Positions 37,958 through 55,052 of a stretch of DNA of 64,000 bases are shown one piece after another (within the stretch, counting starts at the first letter, position 1; each line of letters starts with the position of its first letter). Where the stretch lies: NCBI RefSeq assembly GCF_009914755.1, contig NC_060926.1; one strand, written 5' to 3'. The translations under genes and the position numbers were made by a program. This DNA comes from the human T2T-CHM13v2.0 reference genome, Homo sapiens. The notes below the pieces were generated by a model. That model searched no databases. It was not told the DNA's origin and worked only from the letters and a program-made list of their open reading frames with translations.

Positions 37958-39649
37958 ACAATCATCTTACATGGACTCAACTGCTGCAGTAATTTTCCTT
38001 CATTGATCACCCCTGATTCAGAGGCAGAGGGGTGGCCAAGCAACTCTGGGTAGGCCCCATACTGCACTCCATGAGCATTGTCTCCACCCTATCCACCCCT
38101 CTCCATTTCCAGGAACTGTTCCAGGGCCCCTTCCCCAGGCACTGCAGCACTTCCTCTCCCACTCCCCAAGCTGGTCATTTGTGGAAAGATCACGGGAAAT
38201 TTCACTCCCTTTTCATTCTGAGAGGGAAAATGTCCACTATGTTGGTGATGCCAGTGGTGAGGACCTGGAGGGCTCTGGCTCTGTGCCCCTCGCTGCAGGG
38301 GTAAAGGGTAGCACGGGAGGACATCCAGTCGTCTACAGAGGACATCTGTGAGTCCAAGGGCTGGAGGCCTGACTTGGGGCTGTGCAGGGGCTGTTGAAGG
38401 GATCCACTTTTATGTCCCCATTCAAAGGTCACTCCATGGAGCCTTCTGCCTGTCCCTAGAAAGGGCACCCACTCCTCGTTGAGCGTGTTTTACGGTGTGA
38501 TCTGGTGGTTTGTTCACAAGTCTGCCTCTTGCTATGAACCAGAGTCTGGGGCTCACAAACCTGGCATTTGTGATTGTCTCCAGCCCCCAGAACAACTTCC
38601 TCTGGGACCCAGGGGCTCTTTGCTGGGCTCCAGGCCTAGCTGTGTGCTGTCACCAAACAGGAGTGATTAAGGATGGGAGAGGAGGAAGACTCGATGGCAC
38701 ACCTGTGGCTCTGGGGCTGTTTTTCCTGGCCAAGAGCCTGTCCCTCTTCAGCTCCCTATGCCATGCATCACCCAGTGCCTGGCGGAATCCCAGCAGTACC
38801 CTGCCTTTGGACAGTCCTGCCTCTGGATGGCCCAGGTCCCCAACCACAATGCAAGACTGTGCTGTCCCCAGCCCCTTCCACCTGATTCAGTGAGCCAGCA
38901 GAGAGGCAGTTGGGTCAACACCTCTCATCACAGCTGCCTGGCTAAGGTGGGGCCATTGTGGCATTCCAGGAGCCCAGAGGAGGGGAAATGGAGTCACCGA
39001 GAAGGTGTTGAGAGCAGGTGGTTCTTTGAGAAGACTGTATAATGAAAAACCTGCATCCAGAGAAATGGCCCAGCCACACGCAAGACCAGGAAGCCCTTTC
39101 TGCAGATGGACTTTTGCAGATAGCTTCCCAGCTGCTGGGATGAGTGTTGTTCTGTGGCTCAAAGAACTGATCCAGTGGTTTCCTGATTCCCTGGTATTCA
39201 TTACCTCTGCACATCTGGTCCCCTGGAAGTGGAAATGAGTGAGGAGGTTAGCATGCGACCAAGGGAGGAGCGAGGCAGGTGGCTTGTCAGCTGACAAGCT
39301 GGGACTGCCAAATGCCCTGAACCGGCTTTTCAAACCATAGTGGTAGATGTTGAATTCCGATCTCCCTACTGCCCTTAGACTAGAAATCGGTGGTCCCTTG
39401 GGACCTCATTTGAGTGGGTTTGGTGTTCACATTGGCAAAGCATTTTACACACATCACCTCCATGAGGAGTATAACAACCTGGGAAGAAGACCAGCTCCGC
39501 TCCAGGACCCTGGAGCACAGGAGCTTCAATGGCCTCAGGTCCCAGGCTTTCCAGCGGCCAGAGAAGGGGATTTTGCAAGGACAGGGAGGTGAAGCGCTGG
39601 GCTGAGAGAGGTATAGCATAGGCGCCGGGGGCAGGGGTCTGGTGGGCAG

Positions 39650-39815
39650 TGGACAAAGAGCTGCTTGTTAAATATTCAGGAATTTGGTGAGTCAATTGTT
39701 AAACCAATTGGTACTTGAAATCAGACTTGGTGGAAGTATTTACATCACCAAAATTGGCAAATGCTAAATCAAGACTTTTTCCCCCTCTGGAATGCCAGTT
39801 CCATCACACCCCTGC
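39650..39815. mobile_element. MER63-like (hAT-Blackjack) element
   Basis: ttgttaaatattcaggaattt..gag..ttgttaaacc..ttgaaatc...agtatttaca...attggcaaatgct. Confidence 0.7.
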
Positions 39816-40659
39816 ATGGAAGCCTTGGTCACACTGACTCTCTAGGGCAGGCAAAGCACTGTGGCTGGTGATGAACAAGTTTATAGTAACCTCCACCCCT
39901 GCTTAGCTGCTTGGGCCCAAATCACCTCTCTCACCAAGGAGCCCAAGCCCACCTTGGCCCCATCCTTCCCCACAATCTTTAGAATTCTGTGCTGCTGTGG
40001 CTTGAGGCAGATGGCCCTTCGGGCTGTGTCTGTCCATACAGTTCCCTCTGGGACCTCCACAACAGAAACACGCAGGGGCCTCATGGTTACCGTGAGAGCT
40101 GGAAGGAGTTGGCATCAGCCTCTGGCCGAGTCTGGGAGTCTGTCTCTGGCTAGGATCAGGAACATGGGTAAAGGTCAGTTCTCAAGTTCCCTTATGCCTT
40201 GGGAGGTACCCATCCCTAGAACAGCCTGGAAGCACACAGAGACCTTGGAATGGCTACGCCAGAGGTGCCCCATGAGCTAAACCAGCCAGGGCAGGCCAGG
40301 TGCCACTACCTCCTCCCAGAACCTAGGAAATCATGGTTAATTATTGACAAGTATAGGTATTGGGGCGGGACACCCTCATTATCACCCATTAGCGTCTCCT
40401 GGGTGTACCCTGAAGCAAGCACACCGCACTGAACCCTGCAGGAGCAAAGCAGGACAATAAACAGGAAGGAGTGGGGCTCCCTACCCTCCACGCCCCCTCA
40501 CTGAGATTTCTGGGCTGTGAGCTCAACCAGCCCAATTCTTTCTCAGCTCCCTGGTTCCCTTTTGCTGTTTCTTTTCTGCTGTTTTTTTGAAATTGTTTCA
40601 CTTCTTATATTCACCTGGATCCTTTGCCTGCTTTAGTCTCCCTCAGGCCAGTTGGGCAA

Positions 40660-40714
40660 ATCAAGACAAGCCCAAGACTGGGCCCATCAAGACAAGCCCA
40701 AGACTGGGCCCATC
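40660..40714. repeat. Perfect 26-bp tandem duplication
   Basis: atcaagacaagcccaagactgggccc twice, plus atc. Confidence 0.95.
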
Positions 40715-40725
40715 GGGCCTCCTGA

Positions 40726-41054
<329 letters not shown>

Positions 41055-41073
41055 CACCTCAAACACTTTAGAC

Positions 41074-41259
41074 CAGGGGTCCAATTATTTGGCTTCCCTG
41101 GGCGACACCAGAATTGTCTTGGGCCATGCATAAAATACACTAACACTAACGATAGCTGGTGGGCTAAAAAAAAAACAAAAACAAAAACAAAAACAAAAAC
41201 TCATAAACTCATAATGTTTTAAGAAAGTTTACAAATTTGTGTTGGGCCACATTCAAAGC
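41074..41259. mobile_element. MER30 (hAT-Charlie) DNA transposon, 3'-truncated
   Basis: caggggtccaa..ttttggcttccctggg...gaattgtcttgggcc..cataaaatacactaacactaacgatagctg...ataatgttttaagaaagtttacaaatttgtgttgggcc. Confidence 0.9.
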
Positions 41260-43508
41260 GGGCAGGACACGTTTGCTTCAGATTGTTCCTGCGGCCTGAC
41301 GACTTCCCAGAACACAGTGGCAGCTTGCACAGGAGCCAAGAGCTTTGACCACAGCGAGATACATTTGGAAATCCAAGGCACCTGCAGTTTCCTTATCCCC
41401 AAACCTAAACCCCCAGACCACCCATGCCTGCTCCTACCACCCAGCTGGGCACCACCCAGCATTCACAGTCAGTCATGGCCAAGGGCACACGGGCAGGACA
41501 GCTTGACCTTGACTGGACCCCCATCTTGGTCCCTGCCAAACCTCCTCAACATGAGCGTTCCTGCCACACTCCTCACCCAGTAGGCCAGTGTCACCGCTGA
41601 AGGACAGAGCTCTCCTGCCTGCAGGGCCCTTCCCCAGCTTGCCACTGTTCCAGAACCTGTTCTTCCCATTTGGGTCTCCCTCCTACCCTTCTTTGCCCCT
41701 AGCTCAGAACCCCTCTAACCAAAGTGGCCCAGCGCAGCCCACCAGCCAAATCCACTATGTCAGGAGGCAGCAAAATGCTTAATGCAAGTCCCAACCCTGG
41801 GGGGTCCTGGAGGTGTTTGGGGAGCAGTGGTCCTGGCCCCAGTGCCATTGCAAGCCTCCAGGCCTGGGGTCAAGGCCAGGACCAACCAAGAGTTGGTCAG
41901 ACCAAGTTGCTGACTAACTCCTAGAAGTCCAATTTGCCAAAACCGGTTCTCCCGTTTTTATCTTTCAATCAAAGATGAAGATTACTAAGATGTCCTGAAG
42001 GCCTTCTCAGTCACCTCCTCAGGGCCCAGCCCTCCGAATTGGGTTTCTGCCTTTTTCCCAATTGCTGGTGCCCCCACCCTAGACCAAGCCGTCATCCTTT
42101 CCTGCCCCATCCTTGCCACGGAGGGCCAGGGCCCTGCCTGGCAAGAGGGGCTGGCTCTAAGGAAAGACCCTATGCAGATTCCCTTCCTCCCATCCCCTCT
42201 TCAGGGTCCCCTCTGCTTAACTGAGGTTGGGAGTGGGACTTGTAACACAGGTCTCCAGACAGCTTTGGGGACATTAAGTCACTTTTGACAAACACCCCTG
42301 CAATTAGTGAAATATTCAGGCAATCAAAACATTCAGATTGGGTAATCTCCAACTACAAGTGGGCTTCTAATGACACCAGGAAACTTGGCTTAGAGCTGAA
42401 CACATAGAGGGCTTCTGTCCAACTTAAATACCTCAAAGGCAGCTTTGAACTAATCTGGAAATAGTTTGAATTGTCTCTAATGATAACTAGTATTGTGAGC
42501 AATTAAAACCTATCAAATATCCTCAGCACAGGAAGTTGTGTCTTTTCAATCAACTGCCAACCTAGCTTTGCTCCTAACATACAGAAGATGGGGGGCGGCG
42601 ACAGAGAGGGGGTACCTTCCCTCTGGCATGTCAAAGTGATCCAGAAGATGTGGGAGAGGCAGGAGAGAGAGAAACGGAAAAACAGCAGAGCCCTTACATG
42701 TATAGAAATCTCCAGGTGGCTGGGCGCACCATCCACACACATGTATTGAGCACCTACTGTGTGCCAGACACCATGCTCGTGGCTGTAAATCAGTGTCAGG
42801 CACTCAGAGAGTCTGTGCCATAGACAGGAATGGACAATGCCAAATAGGTGGGTTGATTCAATTCCATACATACTTACTGAGGCCAACACCGCCTCACTTG
42901 GAGAGATGAATCAGACCTGCGCCCTACCCTCACAGAGTTCACAGATAAGTAAGAGAGACAGACTCCAACCTAGCTACTCAGGGATGAGCATAGGAGGTGC
43001 GGGGCACACTGGAGTCTTCCGGGCAAGATGGCAGCCCAAGGAGCCTCAGGCAACTCCCGCAACCAGGTATCAGCCAGTATCACCAGAGAAAAACAAACAT
43101 GAAAGGAATATTACAGGGGAAACATGCAGTAGCCCTGAAACCAGGGAACAAGGGCATCCACAGACCAAAATCTTGGATTAATTTTTGTTGCTAAAGGCAA
43201 ACCATCTGAGCGGGGGATGTGGATAGTGAAGGCCCTGAGAATGAGTTAGTGCATGTGGACGCACAGGATAGGATGCCTCGGAGAGATTGGGATAGTCTCT
43301 GGGTAAAATGGAAACAGTGTCTATGAACACAGAAAAAAGACTAGGAAGAAAGACACCAAAACAATGACAGTGGTTATTTTGGGGTAGTAGAATCATGAAT
43401 GATCTTAACTTTCTTCTACAGATATTCTGTAAATATATCCTCTAATAAGAAAAAGTTATTTCAAATTAAGAAAACTTGTTCTTGCCATTTTCTGTAAGCT
43501 TAAAATTA

Positions 43509-43879
<371 letters not shown>

Positions 43880-43927
43880 TCAGTTTTGCTGTGAAATCTA
43901 AAACTACTCTAAAAATAAAGTCTATTA

Positions 43928-44299
<372 letters not shown>

Positions 44300-44649
44300 T
44301 TATTGTTAAAGCTAGAAAATAGATCTAAGAGGGTTTATTTGAGTTTCTCACCACTTTGGGGTGTGTTTGAAAATTTCCCATAGTAAAAAGTAAATAATAA
44401 GTAAGCAAAGGCTGTGCCAAGACCCTCCCCAGCCTGGTCTGCCCAGCTCTTGGCCCACTCCTGGGCCGTCTGCATGGGCCTGAGTCTCGGGCACTGGAAC
44501 CCCTGGTCGCTGGGGACAAGCAGTCCCGACTGTGGCTCAGTGTCCCTGGTCTGTGTGGCGGCTGCTGAACGGACTCTCCCCTGCAGCATGGGCGTCTCCC
44601 AGGGCAGCCGCTCCAGCCTTGCACCCTCCCGCCTCGTGTCATGTACACT

Positions 44650-46330
44650 CTTTTCCTGAATCTCCAAATTCTCACTCTCCGTGGGTTCCCTGCCTTTATC
44701 CAAATTAGCACTCATGAGACTTTCACATCTTAAAAAAGAAAACCCTCACATGATCCTGTATCTCCTTGGTCAATGACCACTTGTTGCCTTCCTTGACAGG
44801 CAGTTTCTAGAAGGGTTGGTCCACACTCACAGGGCCAAGGTGCACAGATGCCCCACTGTAGGGCAGGTGGAGGCTGAGGCATAGCCTGCACTCCTCTTGC
44901 CAAGCCTATGTGCCAGAACGAGGGGTTGAATCTGCCTGGAGGAAGGGGTGCCCCTTTCTAATTTGCACACGGTGTGGCATGGTCCGAGGCAGCCCGCTTA
45001 CACTCTGCCTCATGGTGTTACCTCCATTCACACACAAAGCCTCACCGCCCTCTGCCGTCAGCCTTGCCAGGGACATTGGCGGTTCCCCGAGGCTGCAGTC
45101 TGGCCCTCTCAGCCTCAAGGACTCTGGCCTTCTGAAGCCCTCGCACTGCTGTTTTCCTCCTAGGTCTTCTCTGCGCCTTTGGTTTCTGTATCCCAAGTTT
45201 CTGGGTCTTCTGCCACTACGACCACTCCCCTCTGTCCTTTGTGGGTTCCTCTCTCCCTGGATACTCACAGATGTGGCTCCCTGAGGCTCTGTCTACAGGC
45301 CATTCCCCCTCATTCCACACACTCTCCAGGCCAGGGACACCCCTCTCTGCACCGCTTACCCATCCTCTCCCCACTGCCCCAGCTGCCCACCTTACATGTC
45401 TGCCTACGAGTCCACTTTCAACAGTGAACATGCTGTCTTCTCACCAGACACCCTCTGCCTCCTGTGTTTTTTGTTTGTTTCGTCACCTAGGCTGAAATGC
45501 CATGGCTCCCTGAAGCCTTGACCTCCCGGGCTGAAGCAATCCTCCCACCTCAGCTCCAGTTCCACCTTAGAGGGGATCAGAGGTGCACACCACCACATCT
45601 GCCTAATTCTCTTAAATTTTTTTTTTTTTTTGGTAAAGACAGGGTCTCCCTACATTGCCCAGGCTGGTCTCTAACTCCTGGGCTCAAGCAATCCTCCCGC
45701 CTTGGCCTCCCAAAGTGCCAGGATTACAGGCATGAGCCACCACACCTGGCTCTCTGTGTTCTTTATCTGGCAATGGCACTACTATCTAGCCAGCCCTCGG
45801 AGTCACAGACACAGGGGGCTTCCTCACCTCCACCCCTTTCTCACGGCCCCACCTGGACTGCTGGGTCGCCAGTGCCCTCAGCTCCTCCTCCTGAGTCTCT
45901 CTCCTGCCTCCATGCCTCTTCACACCCTGGCCTCAGGGCACCCTGCTGAGGTCGGTAGTCATCCTACAGGACTCCTTGCCTCCTGCCTCCTCTCCATTAA
46001 TCCACCCTCCTCAGGCCACCAGAGTCATCTTCCAAAGATGTAAGTCTGCTCATGCCATTCTGCTCAAAATTCCTCCATGGCTCTTCATCCCAAAATAAAA
46101 TCTTGACACCCAACAAGACTCACGAAGTCCCCCTCCCTAGTTCATGCTCTACCTATACAAAATGGCGTGTAGCTCCCCAAACAGGACGGGCTTTCTCATA
46201 CCTTTTCACAAGCCACTCAGCCAGATGAGCCCTCTGACACCCCTGTTCTCCTGGCAAACACTGAGAAGTCAACTAAGACACTACCACCTCCAGGAAGTCT
46301 CCTTTGATTTCCCTAGCAAACTCAGGGTCT
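44650..46330 (+). mobile_element. L2 LINE fragments, interrupted by an Alu
   Basis: Degenerate L2 pyrimidine-rich motifs (agagtcatcttccaaagatgtaagtctgctcatg..ctgctcaaaattcctccatggctc). Confidence 0.6.
45466..45750 (-). mobile_element. AluJ SINE
   Basis: Antisense Alu with J-type ctcctgggctcaagcaatcctcc. Confidence 0.9.
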
Positions 46331-46549
46331 CCCTCCTCTAAGGTGCTATCATAAGGGACTGCCAGGCCCAGCTCCTCTCTGAGTTGCAGCACTGGTACAG
46401 TCTAAACATGAAAGTCCCGGTGTTTCTTGGCCTTTGGTCTCATCCACAACCTGCACATCCTCCAGCCCAGGCTGTCCTCACCTTTTTCCCATGAAGCATT
46501 GCCTGATCTTCCTCAGCAATTGCTTCTGCCTCGATGGCTTTGAATATCA

Positions 46550-47086
<537 letters not shown>

Positions 47087-47706
47087 CTAATTGATCCCCA
47101 CCCACCATTTGGAAAACTGCTATAGCCAGCAGGGATGACTAAGGGCTCCCAGCAAGGGATCAATGTGATTAGAATAGAACGTTAGGACCCTGCCTCTCAA
47201 ATGTTCTAAGGCGCAGGATCGTTTTGTAAATTTCCAATCTGTCACATACTTTACTATTTAAAAACACAATAAGAATGAATTATCTGAAGGTAAAATAACA
47301 AAGATATTTAAAAATGCAAGTCTAGATTCATTATAATTAGATTCAACAGACAGTGCGGGGTGCTAAGAGCATCAGGTGCAAGAATGTTTGGGGAGGCCGG
47401 AGATGTGAGGCGGCTTTGCCAGCCTTAGGATGCCCACAAGCCCTTGACATGTAGCCACGCCAGCCCTGCCAATCTCCGTCCTGGAGCATTTGAACTTGCA
47501 TCATCTGGGGGAGCTTTGCTGAGGAGAAAGGTGCCTCTGCGCAGTCTTTGGCCTTGTCAAGAGGGCCAGGCTGCCTAAATTCAACTCCTGACTCAGCCAC
47601 TAACTGGCTGCAAGCTGTGGACAAATGACTTAATTCTTTCAAGCCTTGGTTTCCTCCTAGGATTGTCCTGGGAGATTATTCAAGCAATCCGTACCATGGG
47701 GCTTAG

Positions 47707-48374
<668 letters not shown>

Positions 48375-49103
48375 CCTGCCGTCCTCTCGGTTTTCATGAG
48401 TGTTCTGCAGTCCTCCTTACTCTTCCTCGTCCTCCCTGGTCCCTTTTCTTGGCCCCACACTGACTACTCTACTCAGGCCAAACCTTCACCCTTCCTCACT
48501 TCTCCACCTCCTGCTTGCAGAAGATGGCTTGCGTCCTGCTTGGCAGAGAAATGGCGAGCTCTCACTCCACCCTATCCCAGGTTTTCTTCACTTCTCATCC
48601 CTTTTCAGGGACTCTGTGCCTGGCCAGGCTAATCCTTCCACCTGAGGCCCCCTCCAACCTCCTCAGTAGCCTCTTTCCATCAGCCATTCCCACCCTCTTC
48701 TGGGAATCTTTCCAGAGTCAAATCTCTGGCCACTCCTCAGACTAAGGCAACCTGCCCAGTAGTATGCTGGTAGATGTTTAATTAACAATGAGCTCTCTGG
48801 GGAAAATGCATGCATATATACACATACATACATTTATGATAAATTTTATTGACATAAAGGATGGCTAATAATTTACAAATAATAAAAAATATATACTACT
48901 CTTTACTGTAAATTGCATATGGCCAGTTGGGTCTTACAGGATGCTTTCATTGATTTTTGCCAACCTGCTGAATCTATAACCAGCCTACAGTTGTAACTGA
49001 TAAATGAATGTAGTTCCAACATGAATGTTAACTGATATTTTTGTTTGTACCAACTAGCAAGAAAAAAGTGAAGCCAGAAAGACAGATGTTGGAACTTCAC
49101 TTG

Positions 49104-49366
49104 TTGTTTTTTTTTTACAGAATGGGTTGCCCAGAACTTGGAGTGCAGTGGAATGTTCATAGCTCACTGTAACCACAAACGCCTGGGCTCAAGAGATCCT
49201 CCTGCCTCAGATAGTGCACACCACGCCCAGCTAACTTTTTTATTTTTTGTAGAGAACTGGTTTAGTTATATTGCCCAGGCTGGTCTTGGACTCCTGGCCT
49301 CGAGCAATCCTCCCGCCTGGACCTCCCAAAGTGCTGGGATCACAGGCAAGAGCCACTGCACCTGGC
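49104..49366 (-). mobile_element. AluJ SINE, internally deleted
   Basis: Antisense J-type Alu. Confidence 0.85.
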
Positions 49367-49774
49367 CAGAACTTTACTTGTTTGTCAATGGTGTTAGCAA
49401 TTTCTTTACTGAAGCAGAGAATAGTTTTTGAATACTGGAAGAATATTTCCTTCATTTTTCTGTGCCATTCACAATGCAATGGCCATTGGCAAAACATACA
49501 TTTAAGTTTAATGTGCATTATTAGCATTTTCTCCATAACCTTCTTAAGTCTAGATAGTCAACCAAATAATGAATAAAGCCCTGATTTGTGGTGGTTGCTG
49601 CCCACTTCTGTGGTGTAAATATTCCCACTGTGGCTGATTTCAATCCACCAATATGATGTCACTGAATGCAGACTTGGGGAAAAAGCACAGTAACACAACA
49701 TTATATAGTATTTCCACAGATGTAATAGATGTACATAATCTTAAAAGAATAAAGAATAATAAAATATAAAATTA

Positions 49775-50126
<352 letters not shown>

Positions 50127-52550
50127 TTAATTGTAAGTTTATATAATTTAATTTATAATTTAATTTTTCATAATAGCTGGGTTTAACCATTGGTTCATGA
50201 AATTCCTGAAGATTTAACAATCAGCTCATAGGAACTGGTATGATCTGAGCACACCTGGATCTGAACCCCAAGCCCAGCTCTTCCTTGAGCAGGGCCCTCA
50301 AAAGGCTCTCCAAAACCTGATGGCCCTGCCCAATGTATATTTTTCAGATCTATCAGCGAAACTGAACTCATTTTCTTTCTCTCCAGTCTGCTCCTCTGTG
50401 GGCTGCCATGTTGGTGGAGGGCTTCGCCATTCACCCTGGGGTGGCAGGAGTTGTGGATGAGAACTCTGGACAGGAAGAAGGCTGGGATCAGAGGATGGGG
50501 ATTTTGGAATTGTTTAGAGCAGAGGTGAAATAGTTTTGGGTAATGACAATGTTGGGTGGGTGAAGAGTCCCTGGGCTGAGGAGGGCACAGAACCGTAAGG
50601 CTAGGCTGTTCCTGGAGGTCGGGGTATGGGCTGATGGCATGTTCACACTCCTGTTACATCTTCTGTCAACTAGCTTCCCTGCAACAAGCTGTGTCTGACA
50701 GTCCTCCAGAGCTCCTGGGGCAGGGGTCCCAGAGCCGACTGTGGGTCACACGCGACAAACTCCCACACCCATATTCCTCTGGGATTGCTCCAGGCTAAGG
50801 TTGGATTCTCAGGCAGGAGGAAGGAGGATCAGCCTTGGCCAGAGGCACAGAAAGCTGCAAAGCCCCCAGCCCCTCCCTTGAAGGGCAGAGCTCCTTTTGA
50901 GGACAGAGAAGATCTGGAGGGGATGTGGAGGCAGGTGTTTAACAGAGGACTTGAATGTATCTGGGATTTCCATGGCAGTGATGCCTGGACGGAGGCCAGA
51001 GTGTCCTAGGTGAAGTGGGGGATTCTGAATGGAGCCCACAGACAGCAAGAGCCCAGCCTGCAACCCACCTTTCCTTTCACGTCACCTGACTCCCTGTCCG
51101 CACTGCTGCCCCTCGGCCTCCCTGCCGGTGCTGCTCCTCCCCCGAGAAGCTTCCCTGCCTCCTCCCATGTACTTCAGGGAACTGGTAAGTTTGGAAAGCA
51201 CCCAGAATTACTTGAGGAAAAGACTGTAGCAAGTACAATTTGAATTTGCCAAGAGACTTTGCCACCAAATTCACTTGCCTAGAGAGAGAGGCGAAGTCCA
51301 TGGGTTTCTCCCTGTGGTTCTGTGGCTTCACCGGGAAAATGTGGGCCTTGCTGAGCTATGGAGGGGAAAGGAAAGGAGCGTGAAGGAGACAGGAGGCAGA
51401 AGCTCCTCACAGTGTCCAGCACGCAGTAGGGGCCGAGATGATGTGCTGAATGATGGGCCTCATGGCCATGTGAGTGGAAGGCCAGGCAGAGCTGCTTGTT
51501 TAATATCTCCTACTCTTTCCCCCGTGGTCAGTGAATTTGCTTTTGGTTTTGAATTTGCTTTGGCTGAACCAGGGACAATTTCTACATGGCCTTGAGGCCA
51601 CAGGCATATGTAGTCAACTGCACACCTCAGGGTGCAAGGGGTTACACCTGTTCCTTGCTCAAAAGTCATGGGAAGTTGCTAAACAGACCAAAAGAAGAAC
51701 CAGCACGCTTACTGCTCTCCGTCCTCCCCTTCCCCACCCCACCCCCAGCTGTTAGCTCACAGAGGGTCAAAACAGGCAAGATAAAATCTGTCCAACTCAC
51801 AGCTTCAAAGGAACACAAGTTAGACATGTGACCCAACCGCACCCAGCCTTGTCCCTCCCAGGTGCATGGCCCTGGAAGGCCCAACCCTCCGGCCACGTGG
51901 TCCGTGTAGAGGCCAGGTGGGCAAAGCCTTCCGTTCCAGACCCAGTGCTGCCCTCCCATGAGATCCCAATCTGATTTTGGTCTTCTTGTAGTTCTCCTTG
52001 GAAGCCAGGCCCAGCCCCACACTGCCTCCTCCTCACGCTCACCTGGCTCCCTCCAATCCGATCTGGGGCAGGAGGCGATGCAGACCGCAGTCTTCACCGC
52101 AACCTCGACCCTGAGGGCCCAGAGTCAGTGCTGGAGCCACCTACCAGGAGTCACTTCCATAGCCCTTGAGGCTGAATGAGAGCCCTCGGGTTCTTGGATA
52201 GCAGAGAACACAACCCAGACATGGCTCTGGATATGAAACAAATCCTTTCTGAACCTGACACCAGACTTTTCCCCAGAGGTGATTTTTTAATTATTTTTTG
52301 AATGCTTTCCAGATTTGACTGAATGAATGGGTGACAATGACCCTAAGTCATGAGCCTTCAAGGCCTGTACACTTGTGGGTTAAGAAAGCCCTTTCTCAGC
52401 CTGGCATGGCTGGCCCCCTCCCTTTCCCCCTCCAGGCACAGAGTGTCCTGGTAAGGTATGATGGCACAATACAGCCTCTCCACGCCTTATTTCCACCATC
52501 TCCTGTCACTGTGCCCCCATCAAAGCACACACAGAGAGAGTCCCAAATCA

Positions 52551-52943
<393 letters not shown>

Positions 52944-54748
52944 TCAATTTTACTGAACTTTTTTAAAAAATTATGGGAATTCCCAGTGTCTCAAAAGAAA
53001 ATGACAACCTCCAGACAAGCACATTTAAGTAAACAACATAAAGGCACTGACAGCCACTGTGGGTGGGAAGTCACTGGCAATGGGAGCCCTGCCCCCTCAG
53101 GGTTCCGTCATTGTTTTGCAGGTGCGATTCCTGCTTCCCCCACCATTCTGTAAGTTGTGTAAGATGCTGTCGAAAGATCACGGGGCTGAAAGGCAGGAAC
53201 CTCATGTTCCAAACCCAAGACTGGCCCGGTATCTGCGTGACCTTGGGCGAGGTCCTCTGCATCTCTGAACTATCGTGTCTCCATCTGTAAAATGAAGGTT
53301 GACCTTCCTGGATAATTTCGTCTTGGGTTTCTACTGTACTCTCACTCTACCTGGCCCATTACCACCTAGGAGGGGCCTAATAAATACAAATGAAAAGAAG
53401 TGGCCCCAAATGATCTTTTAGTCAATATAACCCCAATTCTGGTTTCAGCTAAGATTTGGATACAGAAAGTACCATTTCCCCACTAGTTCAATGGGAAAGT
53501 TGGGTGGAATGCATCTTTGGAGGGTCACAAAGTGGAAATTAGTAACTCCAGAGGGGGGAGTGAAGAAAAGGAGGTGACAAAGTAGCCAGTGGGACCTGTT
53601 GGTGTCACCCTGAGTTGTGTCATTCCAGGCTGTCTGGCCTGTCCTCTAGGTCATGAGCCCCAGAAGTGGGTCCATGCCCTTGGGTGGTGAATGACAAGTG
53701 TGGGTATGGATCCCCTAGACACTAAATTCAAACTCAGACATCCCCTACCCTGCCCTAGCCCATAAAGGAAGCAGGCTGGGGCCCTATGGGCTTCCTTTGC
53801 ACAAATGCAACTGGCCAGGTGCCTGTTTCTGGCTACAACCCTCTGCAGGGCGGGTGTGCTGGCAGTCTTGGGGCTTAAGGCCAGGCAGTGATCCCAGCAT
53901 TCTGAGAAATGCTTGCTCCAACCCCCAGAGAAGCTTCTTCCCCAGGGGGCTCTGTACTCTCCCAACACTCTTTCCACCCCTCCAAGCCTCCAGGGGAGTC
54001 TCCTTGGGGAAAGTTTTCCCAGGCTGGTTCTGAGCGTGGTCACACACTCATCCCTGGATAGTTGCCCCATAGAGGGGACACAACCCGGAGGGCCAGGGAG
54101 CTCAGTCTGAGAATGGGACCAGCACTGCCTCACCCACTAGGCCACCTTAGGAAAACAACTTTGGGCCCCATTTTCCCCTTCACAAAATGAAAACGACAGG
54201 CCCAGCCCATCAAGCAGTTATGCGGATTAAAGGAGATAACGCATAACAGCCTTAGGCCAAACCCAGAGCTACCTCCCGTTCACCCTGATGATTACGCAGA
54301 GCTACAAAAGCCCTCACAGATTACACCAACGACAAGCCACAGCAAGGCATGACAAGGTTAAGAAAGCCCTTTCCCAGCCTGACACGGGTGAGGGTGTCCT
54401 GGTGAGGCAGTGACTGGGAAAGGCCCCGAACACCGGAAGCAAACCTCGCGCCCTCCAAGGTGGTAGCAGCCCGTGGACAGGAGAGCCGGGCTGCCTCAGA
54501 GGTCATGGAACCCTCCCCTTCATTGCACAACTGAGGAAACTCCCAGACGATGGGTGACTTGTCAGAGGCCACACGGCAGGTCTGTGCCATTTGGACAAGA
54601 GGCCATATCTTCATATTTCTTCTCTGTGTGGCCAGATTATTTCCTTAGATACTCATGTGTGTTTCAATGGTTGCATTTTTCCTCCTCCTCCCATTCCAAG
54701 AAGGTCTTGGACCTGTCCTCTTTTGGGTGTCCCTGTTGCAGGGGACGT

Positions 54749-55052
<304 letters not shown>

